DNA of 58,514 nt from Thermoproteota archaeon (lineage in GTDB: Archaea > Thermoproteota > Nitrososphaeria > Nitrososphaerales > Nitrososphaeraceae). The notes below the pieces were generated by a model. The model worked only from the letters and a program-made list of their open reading frames with translations. It made no database searches and was not told the origin of the DNA. Shown here in pieces: positions 40,061 through 48,753 of the stretch. The position numbers and the translations under genes are program-made. How positions within the stretch are numbered: the stretch's first letter is position 1; the number at the start of each line of letters is the position of its first letter. Location of the stretch: the NCBI GenBank assembly GCA_046728625.1, contig JBKPEX010000298.1, positions 1 to 58,514 on the forward strand, read 5' to 3'.

Positions 40061-40082
40061 GGATTGCAACGTATTGCAATCC
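40061..40082. promoter_or_regulatory. perfect 9-bp inverted repeat (ggattgcaa-cgta-ttgcaatcc) ~70 nt upstream of the cupin gene
   Basis: Arms at 40061-40069 and 40074-40082, read directly. It could be an operator or an RNA hairpin. Confidence 0.3.
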
Positions 40083-40153
40083 ACAGCTAATCACAAAAAC
40101 GAAATATAAGAGTAAAGCAATTATTAAGTTACTTAAAGATCCTCTCTTTGTAC

Positions 40154-40522
40154 ATGGATATTTATGTTGAGACAAGACCTTGGGGACGCTTTGAAAAGTT
40201 CAATGAGAATCAGCTGTGTACCGTCAAGCTAATTTATATTAATGAGGGTTCTCGGCTTAGCCTCCAGTATCATAGACAAAGATGGGAACAATGGAAGATA
40301 ATCAAGGGGACTACAGAAATACAAATTGACGAGAAAATACTTGTAGTCAAACAAGGAGAAACCGTGGTTATTCCTAAAAATGCAAAACATAGAATAAAAG
40401 CACTTCGCGGCAATTCTATTGTACTTGAGATATCTTATGGCAAATTTGACGAAAATGACATAGTGAGACTTGAAGACGATTATCAGAGAGAATCGCCACC
40501 TTCCAGTCCCGCAACTTCTTAG
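40154..40522 (+). CDS. cupin-domain protein (type II phosphomannose isomerase C-terminal-like)
   Basis: ETRPWGRFEKF, SLQYHRQRWEQWKIIKG and GETVVIPKNAKHRI form the cupin motif pattern of mannose-6-phosphate isomerase type II. Confidence 0.75.
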   Translation: MDIYVETRPWGRFEKFNENQLCTVKLIYINEGSRLSLQYHRQRWEQWKIIKGTTEIQIDEKILVVKQGETVVIPKNAKHRIKALRGNSIVLEISYGKFDENDIVRLEDDYQRESPPSSPATS

Positions 40523-41757
40523 TTATTATTAGTCCCTTGCGGTCTAACCGAAAATAGAGAGATTGCATGATCATCTATACTATTTTCTACTCCTACCGAG
40601 GTTCTTTCTATTCTTAATTCTAAATTATTACTTTCAGCATTTGATAAGCTAAACCTCTCTGCCATGAAACTTCTAATTCTAGATATTTCATCATAGACTG
40701 TATTCAATTCAGATGGTATTGAAATATCAAGCGGCTTTTGTAACAAAGTTCTAGGAATTTTGCCTGACAGATCGTGCAGTATTGTAAAGGTAATCTTATC
40801 TATTATAGTTGGATGTGCTATCCTATCTAAACTGTTTGCCGTATAAAATGCCTGTACGTCAATCAGGTCATCCAGCTGATCCTTATTGGCTGATTGCAAT
40901 ATGTAGCCTCCAGCAGCGTTATTTGAAGTAGTGCTTAATACATCTCCACCAAGTGGAACTTTTATTATTAGAAAACCTTCGATTAAATCTTTAGTGTTGT
41001 TACCAAAGTTCAGTAAATAAGTTAAGTCCTTACAAATTATGCCCTTGGCACTTTCAGGTTGAAGGGTTTCAATTATTGCATTCGTAGTGGATCCATTATT
41101 AACCACTGCGTTCCATAAGATCTTCAGAGGATATTTCTGTTTGTTATATATACTAATATCCGTGTCATAATGTCCTGGCCTGAGTGGGCCTTGATTGCCT
41201 ATAATAGACCCGCATACAAACTTTGCACTGTACATAATACTGTTAAATTCAGGCGATCTACCTCTGGTTGATTGATTATTATCTAGAGCTATGAAGGTAG
41301 TAGTTGTTACTGAGTTTCTTTTGACATCCGCAATTTTAGATATTTTATCTATAGATTTGGCTACGGTAGGAGCGATAGGAGTTATTGTATAATTGCCTTC
41401 TTGGATATTAACTAATGAAATTACGCCTTTTGATAACCTGTCCACATCGTTAGCAGAGTCATCTTTGACTATTAATTCCCTAGTAATAGGCGAGAGTGGG
41501 TAGGGGCGTATTGAAAATTGAGCACCTGATAGGAAGGAGCCATTTTTGCCGATTAGAACCATAGTATGTGCCCCATGGGCGTTGTTAGTCTGAGATTCAA
41601 TTGCATAGGCATTAGTGTTCTTTGCAGCTATGCATCCGCTTTGACAAACAAGTTCTTTAATGCAAACTAAAGTACATAAAAATACTATTACAATTACTAG
41701 ATACAAAATTGTTGACCCTTGGATAGGATTTGATCTCAAATATAACAGCATATCCAA
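40519..41757 (-). CDS. hypothetical N-terminally anchored extracellular protein
   Basis: 412-aa ORF with N-terminal TM STILYLVIVIVFLCTLVCI, a beta-sandwich-like segment (FSIRPYP...EGNYTITPIA) and a YSAKFVCGS...LRPGHYDTDISIYN block. No function assignable. Confidence 0.6.
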   Translation of the reverse strand: MDMLLYLRSNPIQGSTILYLVIVIVFLCTLVCIKELVCQSGCIAAKNTNAYAIESQTNNAHGAHTMVLIGKNGSFLSGAQFSIRPYPLSPITRELIVKDDSANDVDRLSKGVISLVNIQEGNYTITPIAPTVAKSIDKISKIADVKRNSVTTTTFIALDNNQSTRGRSPEFNSIMYSAKFVCGSIIGNQGPLRPGHYDTDISIYNKQKYPLKILWNAVVNNGSTTNAIIETLQPESAKGIICKDLTYLLNFGNNTKDLIEGFLIIKVPLGGDVLSTTSNNAAGGYILQSANKDQLDDLIDVQAFYTANSLDRIAHPTIIDKITFTILHDLSGKIPRTLLQKPLDISIPSELNTVYDEISRIRSFMAERFSLSNAESNNLELRIERTSVGVENSIDDHAISLFSVRPQGTNNN

Positions 41758-41764
41758 ATTATCG

Positions 41765-41777
41765 AAATATAAATAAA
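41765..41777 (+). promoter_or_regulatory. candidate TATA box for EF-1alpha (about -29 from the ATG)
   Basis: aaatataaataaa lies in the 42-bp gap between the divergent 412-aa ORF and tuf. The spacing fits a leaderless or near-leaderless mRNA. Confidence 0.4.
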
Positions 41778-41799
41778 GCCCTCCACTCTTTTACGGGTT

Positions 41800-43113
41800 A
41801 TGAGCGCAAGTAAAAAACCACACATGAACTTGGTGGTTACCGGTCACGTAGATAATGGTAAGTCTACTATTGTTGGTCATTTAATGGTGGATATGGGTGT
41901 TATTGATCAAAGAACTATTGATTCATTTGCTAAAGAGTCAGAGGCAACTGGTAAAGGTGATACATTCAAGTACGCTTGGGTTTTAGATAGCATCAAAGAT
42001 GAGAGAGAAAGAGGAATTACGATTGATCTTGCTTTCCAAAAATTCGAAACTCAAAAGTTTTTCTACACCTTAATAGATGCTCCTGGTCACAGGGACTTCA
42101 TTAAAAATATGATTACAGGGGCGTCTGAAGCAGATGTTGCTGTTCTTGTTGTTTCTGTCAAACCCGGAGAAACAGAAGCAGCAACTGATCCAGGAGGACA
42201 GGCAAGAGAACATGCCTTTCTTGCAAGGACTCTAGGTGTGAGTCAGATAGTTGTGGCCCTTAATAAAATGGACGATGCGGGTTATTCAGAAGAGCGCTAT
42301 AAACAAGTAAAGGATGTAGTGGAGAAGATGTTAAAACTAGTAGGTTATAATACAACCAAAGTACACTTTATTCCAGTCTCTGGTTGGAAGGGAGATAATC
42401 TGGTTAAAAAATCTGAGAATATGCCATGGTACAAGGGTCCTGTGTTAGCAGAAGCGTTAGATATGTTCGAACCACCAGAGAAACCAACCGGGAAATCTCT
42501 GAGAATTCCAATTCAGGATGTTTATTCTATTACCGGTGTAGGTACGGTACCTGTAGGGAGGGTAGAAACAGGCAGGATCAAGGCTAACGAAAAAGTTATA
42601 GTAATGCCTGCAGGTGTAACAGGAGAAGTAAAGTCGATTGAGACTCATCATACCCAGATGGATGCCGCGGAAGCTGGTGATAATATTGGCTTCAACCTAA
42701 GGGGCGTTGATAAGAAGGCCATTAAACGCGGCGACATGATTGGTCCGTCAGATAATCCTCCTACTGTAGCAAAAGAGTTCGAGGCACAGATTATTGTAAT
42801 TCACCATCCAACTGCTATGGCTCCTGGATATACACCAGTGCTACATGCACATACAGCACAAGTTGCGGCTACACTTTCCGAATTTGTAGCAAAAATTGAT
42901 CCAAAAACAGGCGGTACAGTGGAAGAAAAACCTAAATTCTTGAAAACAGGAGATGCAGCTATTGTGAAGGTAAAACCAGTTAGGCCACTCGCAATAGAAA
43001 CTTTTAAGGAGTTTCCAGAAATAGGCAGATTCGCGCTAAGAGATATGGGGACTACTATTGCTGCTGGGGTAGTAAAATCAATCACAGAAAAATACGATTC
43101 CACAAAAAAATAA
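41800..43113 (+). CDS. tuf: translation elongation factor EF-1 alpha
   Basis: GHVDNGKST, DAPGHRDF, NKMD and a full-length match to the aEF-1alpha pattern (437 aa). Confidence 0.97.
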   Translation: MSASKKPHMNLVVTGHVDNGKSTIVGHLMVDMGVIDQRTIDSFAKESEATGKGDTFKYAWVLDSIKDERERGITIDLAFQKFETQKFFYTLIDAPGHRDFIKNMITGASEADVAVLVVSVKPGETEAATDPGGQAREHAFLARTLGVSQIVVALNKMDDAGYSEERYKQVKDVVEKMLKLVGYNTTKVHFIPVSGWKGDNLVKKSENMPWYKGPVLAEALDMFEPPEKPTGKSLRIPIQDVYSITGVGTVPVGRVETGRIKANEKVIVMPAGVTGEVKSIETHHTQMDAAEAGDNIGFNLRGVDKKAIKRGDMIGPSDNPPTVAKEFEAQIIVIHHPTAMAPGYTPVLHAHTAQVAATLSEFVAKIDPKTGGTVEEKPKFLKTGDAAIVKVKPVRPLAIETFKEFPEIGRFALRDMGTTIAAGVVKSITEKYDSTKK

Positions 43114-43125
43114 GTGAATATATGT

Positions 43126-43437
43126 ATGCCACAAGAAGCAAGAATAAAACTCACAAGCACTAATCTTTCAACCTTGGAAGGTGTATGTTCAGAGATAAAA
43201 GGAATAGGGGAAAAGAACGGCGTAAAATTGAAGGGACCACATCCACTTCCTACCAAGAGAATGAATATTGTTACAAGAAAATCACCTTGCGGACAAGGGA
43301 CGAACACTTATGATAAATATGAGCTTCGTGTTCATAGGCGTGTAATAGACCTGGGCGCGGATGATAGATCCATAAGGCAGCTCATGAGATTAAGAATACC
43401 AGATGATGTTTATATCGAAGTGTCACTGACCCAGTAA
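43126..43437 (+). CDS. rps10: 30S ribosomal protein S10
   Basis: ARIKLTSTN...L..VC..I, GP.PLPTK and R.PCG.G...YDKYELRVHRR.ID. It follows tuf as in most archaea. I prefer the ATG at 43126. Confidence 0.9.
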   Translation: MPQEARIKLTSTNLSTLEGVCSEIKGIGEKNGVKLKGPHPLPTKRMNIVTRKSPCGQGTNTYDKYELRVHRRVIDLGADDRSIRQLMRLRIPDDVYIEVSLTQ

Positions 43438-43744
43438 ATAAAGAACCCAAAACAAAAGACGAAATCTTCTTTACAATTGCTGCAAATATAAACCGACTAC
43501 CCAAAAACATCAAATTTGGTTCAATCTTATACAGTCCGATGATATAAGAACTAATAATCTGCAGATAAATCTGTACTCATTTTATTGCAGAGAAACCGTT
43601 GGGCAATCATATTTAACAGATATTAATCAGTTACATCATAATGTATTAGTGATTATAACTATACTTTCCTTAGCCAAATGCGCGGATAAACTCTTCGCAA
43701 GCGGGGACATCCTTAATAAAGCTATTTATTTATACATTATTAGC

Positions 43745-43838
43745 AGGATGCTGATGAGGTATACATGGAAGAGCCAACTGAACCATGCCAAATTGTATTG
43801 AGCATATATGACGACGATTATGAGATCTGAAGCATCCT
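43745..43838 (+). ncRNA. box C/D sRNA candidate (atypically long)
   Basis: The terminal 7-bp stem is AGGAUGC (43745-43751) with GCAUCCU (43832-43838). It brackets a C box UGAUGA (43752-43757) and a D box CUGA (43827-43830). An internal CUGA (43778-43781) and a C'-like UGACGA (43809-43814) are present. Exactly 12 nt separate C' from D. Confidence 0.35.
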
Positions 43839-43902
43839 CTGAGTTTGAAATCGGGTCCTTGTAGTTTAGTCAACATTATTTGCCGTCAGTGAAGGACTGG
43901 TG

Positions 43903-44445
43903 CTACAATATCCATTTATTGTCTTTAAAAAAATATAGCGTTCCGTCATCTCTTATTGCCCGTTGGGGGTTCCATTTAAGAGTGACCTGATCGTAATTAT
44001 AGTAGATCTCTTCTATATTACATGGTAATGCAATCAACTGTATGGGAATTAGATCCACAAGGTATTCTATTTTTTCAACAGCCATTTCGAAATGTCTGTT
44101 ATCTTTATTCAATATTAAAAAAATCAAGCAAGATCTTAATTCCGACGTAATTCCATTAAAGGAAATACTTGTCCAAAGACCTTTTTTACCTCTTCTTCGC
44201 TTCATCTCCTTAAGGATGCTCTTAACTTGAAACCATCGTTCAAATGTAAATAATTGGAAAAATGACTCAGTAAATGAAACAGGAAATTCAATCTTAACCA
44301 GGCCAGCATATTGATTATCTTCTGTCTGCAATTGAAATTCATCAACATCTTCGAAATGGCCTATTAATATGTTGTAAATTATTTCAACTTCGTAAATTGC
44401 TATACCATAATAGCTGAACTTGACTTTTCCAATCTGTTTATTCAA
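43903..44445 (-). CDS. hypothetical protein
   Basis: 180-aa ORF with no motif recognised. Confidence 0.45.
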   Translation of the reverse strand: MNKQIGKVKFSYYGIAIYEVEIIYNILIGHFEDVDEFQLQTEDNQYAGLVKIEFPVSFTESFFQLFTFERWFQVKSILKEMKRRRGKKGLWTSISFNGITSELRSCLIFLILNKDNRHFEMAVEKIEYLVDLIPIQLIALPCNIEEIYYNYDQVTLKWNPQRAIRDDGTLYFFKDNKWIL

Positions 44446-44672
44446 ATACTATTGATCATATAAATTGTATATAAAGAATTAAGTCTTTTGCAATGATAAT
44501 ACAGTACAAAATCTACCCCTGCACTAGGACTATACGTAAAAAAACAAACCTAATTACACAAATAACAATATTAGTGTAGCAATTTGCTTAGTAATTGACT
44601 TCTTATTTTTCCTTGGGGCTTATCATATTTGGGAAAGAATTTAAAGGTACAATACAGAGATAGCAGTTAAAA

Positions 44673-45560
44673 TTGACGTTGCTTAAAGTTGCGGTCATAA
44701 TAAAACTAGAGCCAGATTTTTCAGAAGGAAATGTAAGCTATAATTCCGACGGTACCTTGAATAGGGCTGAGACTAAAAGTATACTTGGTCCACACAGCGC
44801 TGTTGCTACAAACGCTGCCTTCTATGCAAAGGTAAAGTATGGTGCTAATATCTCTATTGCAACTATGGGTCCTCCAATTGCTGACATTGCATTGCAACAG
44901 GCCCAATTGCTGTGCAATGCTGAGGATTTATACCTTTATAGCGACAGAATATTCGCAGGAGCTGATACTTTAGCAACTGCCGAGGTTTTGAAAACTGGTA
45001 TAAGAAAGATGGAAAACGGGGAAAGAATGGACATTGTCTTCTCTGGACATAGAGCTTCTGATGGTGAGACTGGCCAAACCGGTCCTCAGACAGCATGGAA
45101 ACTCGGCTATACATTTCTTGGTAACGTAATTAGCTATGATGTTGACATTCAAAGACGAACAATTAAAGCAAAACGTTTGATAACTTTGCAAGGACTATAT
45201 GATGTAATCGAGGAAGTGGAGGCATCGTTACCAGTATTCATAGCAATTGATCCATCATACAAATTCGATTTCAATACTATTTCACAAAGATTGGCATTAG
45301 CCAAGCATCAAAAGGAAGCAAGGATACGATCTGCAAACTTTAAGAGCTATCTAAAGGTTTTGAATGCGCAACAAATAGGTGTAGATCCGAAATTCGTCGG
45401 CCTGCCCGGCTCTCCAACTATTGTGTATAGAGTGGAGCGTATACCCAAGGCTAAGGCTACGAGAAGAGCTGAACTCATAGACGGGTCAGATACATCGCAG
45501 TTAGGTGATGTAGTGAAGCGCATTTGTAATCTTGTCGATCAACAGATGATAATCAAATGA
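44673..45560 (+). CDS. etfB: electron transfer flavoprotein beta subunit (FixA/EtfB)
   Basis: VAVIIKLEPDF..., ETKSILGPHSAVATNAA and GHRASDGETGQTGP are typical of the EtfB fold. TTG start; the stop overlaps the next gene (ATGA). Confidence 0.85.
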   Translation: MTLLKVAVIIKLEPDFSEGNVSYNSDGTLNRAETKSILGPHSAVATNAAFYAKVKYGANISIATMGPPIADIALQQAQLLCNAEDLYLYSDRIFAGADTLATAEVLKTGIRKMENGERMDIVFSGHRASDGETGQTGPQTAWKLGYTFLGNVISYDVDIQRRTIKAKRLITLQGLYDVIEEVEASLPVFIAIDPSYKFDFNTISQRLALAKHQKEARIRSANFKSYLKVLNAQQIGVDPKFVGLPGSPTIVYRVERIPKAKATRRAELIDGSDTSQLGDVVKRICNLVDQQMIIK

Positions 45561-46840
45561 AAACCAACACTGACACGGCATTATCAGCAGCAATATCACC
45601 TTCCTCATCCCAAGTTGTAACATCAAATACAAATAGATCTGAGGGACAGGAAACACAACAAGATTATCTCCACCTTTACGTAATAATAGAACATGAAGAG
45701 GACAAAATTGTTCCGGTAAGCCTAGAGATGCTAGGAGAGGCGAGACGGTTGATGGATAAATACAATCAAAAGTATTCAACGGATGAAAAGGTTATCGCTA
45801 TTGTACTTGGAAATAACATTAGAAAGTTATGCGAAGAATTGATATATTATGGAGCAGATGCAGTGATTTATACATCGAGTCCCCGACTGGAACATTCAAT
45901 AAATCTCTTGGATACAAAGGCAATAAGCCAAATTGCCACTGCAAAGGAATGTGTACAAAAGATATCTCCACAATATGGTCAAAGCTTCAAAAAACCAAGA
46001 TACATGTTTTTTGCTGCAGACAATATAGGTCGACATCTTTCATCCACAGTATTGGCAGAGCTTGATTCAGGGCTTGCTTCAGACATTAATAAATTAGTTA
46101 TAGAAGACCTTGAAATAAAACATGAGCACAAGACAAAAGGGCAACCAATAAAATATGACAAGATACTTGAAATGTATAGGCCTGATTTCTCAGGCTTTCT
46201 ATGGACGACAATTCTATGCCTTGATAACAAAAATCCTACAATACAAAGAGACTATCATCCACAAGCATGCAGCATTATTCCTGGAGTATTTCAACCAATA
46301 CAACGCGATATATCAAGGAATGGAATGATCATAGAATATATGCCGCAAATCGAAGAAAAAGACTATGCCAGCATAAAGATATTGAGTCGAGAAATCATCA
46401 AGAGCCCTGTTGACTTTGATAGCCATAAAACTATCGTAAGTTTTGGCAGAGGGATAAAAGATAATCCTGAAGAAAACGTAAAATTGATAGAACAATTGGC
46501 ATCAGAACTTGATGCAGAGATTGGAATATCCTTACCAATTTCTAAAAAGCCATATGCATTAGGCGAAAAGCTAAGTGACAAGTATGCAATCCCAGGCAGA
46601 GTGATTGGGACTAGTGGCCGTAAAGTAACCCCAATAGTATACATAGCGTTAGGTATCAGTGGAGCCATGCAACATATTGCGGGAATGAAAGAATCTCAAT
46701 TTATCATCGCAATCAATCCTGACGACGAATCACAGATTAGAAATGATAGTGACATTTTTATCAAGGGTAGAATCGAGGAGGTAGTACCTGTTCTTCTAGA
46801 AGAATTAAGAAAACGAAAAAAAACGATGATCGCCGGATGA
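45557..46840 (+). CDS. etfA: electron transfer flavoprotein alpha subunit (FixB/EtfA) with S/T/N/Q-rich N-terminal extension
   Basis: The C-terminal FAD-binding block is VIGTSGRKVTPIVYIALGISGAMQHIAGMKESQFIIAINPD. The N-terminal ~35 aa are low complexity. Confidence 0.85.
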   Translation: MKTNTDTALSAAISPSSSQVVTSNTNRSEGQETQQDYLHLYVIIEHEEDKIVPVSLEMLGEARRLMDKYNQKYSTDEKVIAIVLGNNIRKLCEELIYYGADAVIYTSSPRLEHSINLLDTKAISQIATAKECVQKISPQYGQSFKKPRYMFFAADNIGRHLSSTVLAELDSGLASDINKLVIEDLEIKHEHKTKGQPIKYDKILEMYRPDFSGFLWTTILCLDNKNPTIQRDYHPQACSIIPGVFQPIQRDISRNGMIIEYMPQIEEKDYASIKILSREIIKSPVDFDSHKTIVSFGRGIKDNPEENVKLIEQLASELDAEIGISLPISKKPYALGEKLSDKYAIPGRVIGTSGRKVTPIVYIALGISGAMQHIAGMKESQFIIAINPDDESQIRNDSDIFIKGRIEEVVPVLLEELRKRKKTMIAG

Positions 46841-46864
46841 CGACATCGGAAGTGATAAGCGAAT

Positions 46865-48739
46865 ATGGAAAAATTTGATGTCGCAATAATTGGTGGAGGA
46901 TCATCAGGACTATCCGCGCTGAGACAATTATCAAACCTAAAAAAAGAAGCTGTCTTAATAGAAGCGGGTAAAAGTATTGGTTCAAAAAATGTTTCCGGCG
47001 GAATCTTGTATTCAAAGAGACCCAAAAATGGTAAGGTCTTCAACGTAGAGGATGTATACGGGAAGGAATTTTTGGAACAATCTCCAGTTGAAAGACGGAT
47101 CACAAAGTACATTTTGCATGCTACATCCAAAGACAAAGTATTTTCAATGGATCTTACCCAGTTACATGAGTACCAGATAAATTTTGCTTACTCCGTATTA
47201 TTAAATAAATTAAATTCGTGGTTTGCAAGGCAAGCCGGCGAAAGTGCAGAAAAAAATGGCGGTGGCATAATACCGGGAGTTCATGTTCGGTCTATTGAAT
47301 GGGAAGCCGAAGGAAAGGTCATTGTCGAAACCGATGAGCTGGATCGTTTTGAAGTTAAAGCACTAATTGCAGCAGATGGTGTTAATTCAGAAATTGCAGA
47401 AATAAGCGGTGCTAGAAGCAAATTTGCTCCGCACGAGTTATATCAAGGCGTGAAGGTTGTCGTCAAATTGCCTGAAGAAATCATCGAACAAAGGTTTCAA
47501 ATTGGTACAAATGAGGGGGCCGCACACCTTTTTGCTGGTGATGTCACGCTGAACCATATAGGCGGAGGCTTTCTTTATACTAACTTAGACACTCTTTCAG
47601 TCGGAGCTGTTTATCATTATGACTCCCTTATCACAAATCCTGCTGAGCCTTACGTCCTGATAGACACCATATTAAGGAATCCAATGATAGCCGAATTCAT
47701 TAAGGATGAGGTTCCAGTAAAAGAGGAAATTGATAAGAGTATGTCTAAGGAGGAACAACTCAAGACTCGTTTTGCGGTTAGCAAACTAATAAAAACATGG
47801 CAAGAGTTGCGTCATATATACTACTCTCCATCGAATCTCTCAAAGCTCATTGAAAGCGGCAAGTATAAAACTAAAGAAGAGGTAAAGTCAAGGATCGACT
47901 CGATCCATCAAGAATTAAGTAGCAAATACAAAACTCGATTCACTACCGATTATACAGAATTAGAATATAGTGCAAAGTTGGTACCAGACGGAAAGCGCTG
48001 CAGAATGAAAAAGCCCTACTATAAGAATATTTTATTTATCGGAGATGCTGCGGGCCGGGGTATTTTCGTTGGTCCACGAATCGAAGGGCTTAATGTAGGA
48101 ATCGATGATGCAGTAAGAGCTGCTAACGCAGTTGCGAGGTCGATAGACAGAAATAATTTTTCAGGAAATTACATGGGAGAATTTTATTCCGAGTCAGTAG
48201 GGGAAAGTCCGTATACCAAAGATATGAAAGAAATTGATAAAAACTACCTAAAAATATTTCTTGACTCCGCCAAGAATATTCCGAAAGATATCATAGCAGC
48301 TAGATACGGCATGATCTTCAAAATAATGTCTAGTAGTTCCCTTAGGGGCCTTGCTGTAGGATTTGCCAACATATTAGGATACGACCGGCTATTGCCCTTA
48401 GTAGAATCAGAAGAAACCTATGTAAAGGTTCCAATTGAACTGGCAGAAAAGTCAGGTCAACGAGTTTCAACTACATATACTCCTACCATACCTACTATCG
48501 CTCAACGTGTAGCAAAATTAAATTACAATGATGATTCTATATCGCATATCAAACTACTTAATTCACACAGCGAATTTATGAAAAAAATGGTCATGCTTTG
48601 TCCAACAAAATGTTATTCATTAGAAGAAGGTGCCGTGATGCTACAGCATGAAGGATGCATTGAATGCGGTACTTGCGCTGCAGAAACGGATTGGAGACAT
48701 CCTCGTGGAGAAAAAGGTGTTGAATTTATTTATGGATAA
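46865..48739 (+). CDS. FixC-like ETF:quinone oxidoreductase fused to a FixX-like ferredoxin domain
   Basis: N-terminal FAD motif DVAIIGGGSSGLSA, ADGVNS and FIGDAAGRG. The C-terminal ~95 aa carry CPTKCY...HEGCIECGTCA, as in FixX. Confidence 0.8.
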   Translation: MEKFDVAIIGGGSSGLSALRQLSNLKKEAVLIEAGKSIGSKNVSGGILYSKRPKNGKVFNVEDVYGKEFLEQSPVERRITKYILHATSKDKVFSMDLTQLHEYQINFAYSVLLNKLNSWFARQAGESAEKNGGGIIPGVHVRSIEWEAEGKVIVETDELDRFEVKALIAADGVNSEIAEISGARSKFAPHELYQGVKVVVKLPEEIIEQRFQIGTNEGAAHLFAGDVTLNHIGGGFLYTNLDTLSVGAVYHYDSLITNPAEPYVLIDTILRNPMIAEFIKDEVPVKEEIDKSMSKEEQLKTRFAVSKLIKTWQELRHIYYSPSNLSKLIESGKYKTKEEVKSRIDSIHQELSSKYKTRFTTDYTELEYSAKLVPDGKRCRMKKPYYKNILFIGDAAGRGIFVGPRIEGLNVGIDDAVRAANAVARSIDRNNFSGNYMGEFYSESVGESPYTKDMKEIDKNYLKIFLDSAKNIPKDIIAARYGMIFKIMSSSSLRGLAVGFANILGYDRLLPLVESEETYVKVPIELAEKSGQRVSTTYTPTIPTIAQRVAKLNYNDDSISHIKLLNSHSEFMKKMVMLCPTKCYSLEEGAVMLQHEGCIECGTCAAETDWRHPRGEKGVEFIYG

Positions 48740-48753
48740 CCAACTATATAATA

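Noticed and set aside
42801-43307. 168-aa ORF antisense to EF-1alpha/S10, with similar long antisense ORFs inside other genes. Examples are 46696..47136, 46363..46668, 30412..30786, 18224..18583, 14231..14602, 17172..17504 and 38121..38483.
   Set aside because: They lie fully inside strongly supported conserved genes on the opposite strand. Their composition is low-complexity or hydrophobic, as is typical of antisense frames.
43761-43830. Short ORFs inside the C/D-box candidate (MEEPTEPCQIVLSIYDDDYEI, 21 aa; MLMRYTWKSQLNHAKLY, 17 aa).
   Set aside because: They are too short and there is no promoter or SD geometry. The box-plus-terminal-stem arrangement explains the sequence better.
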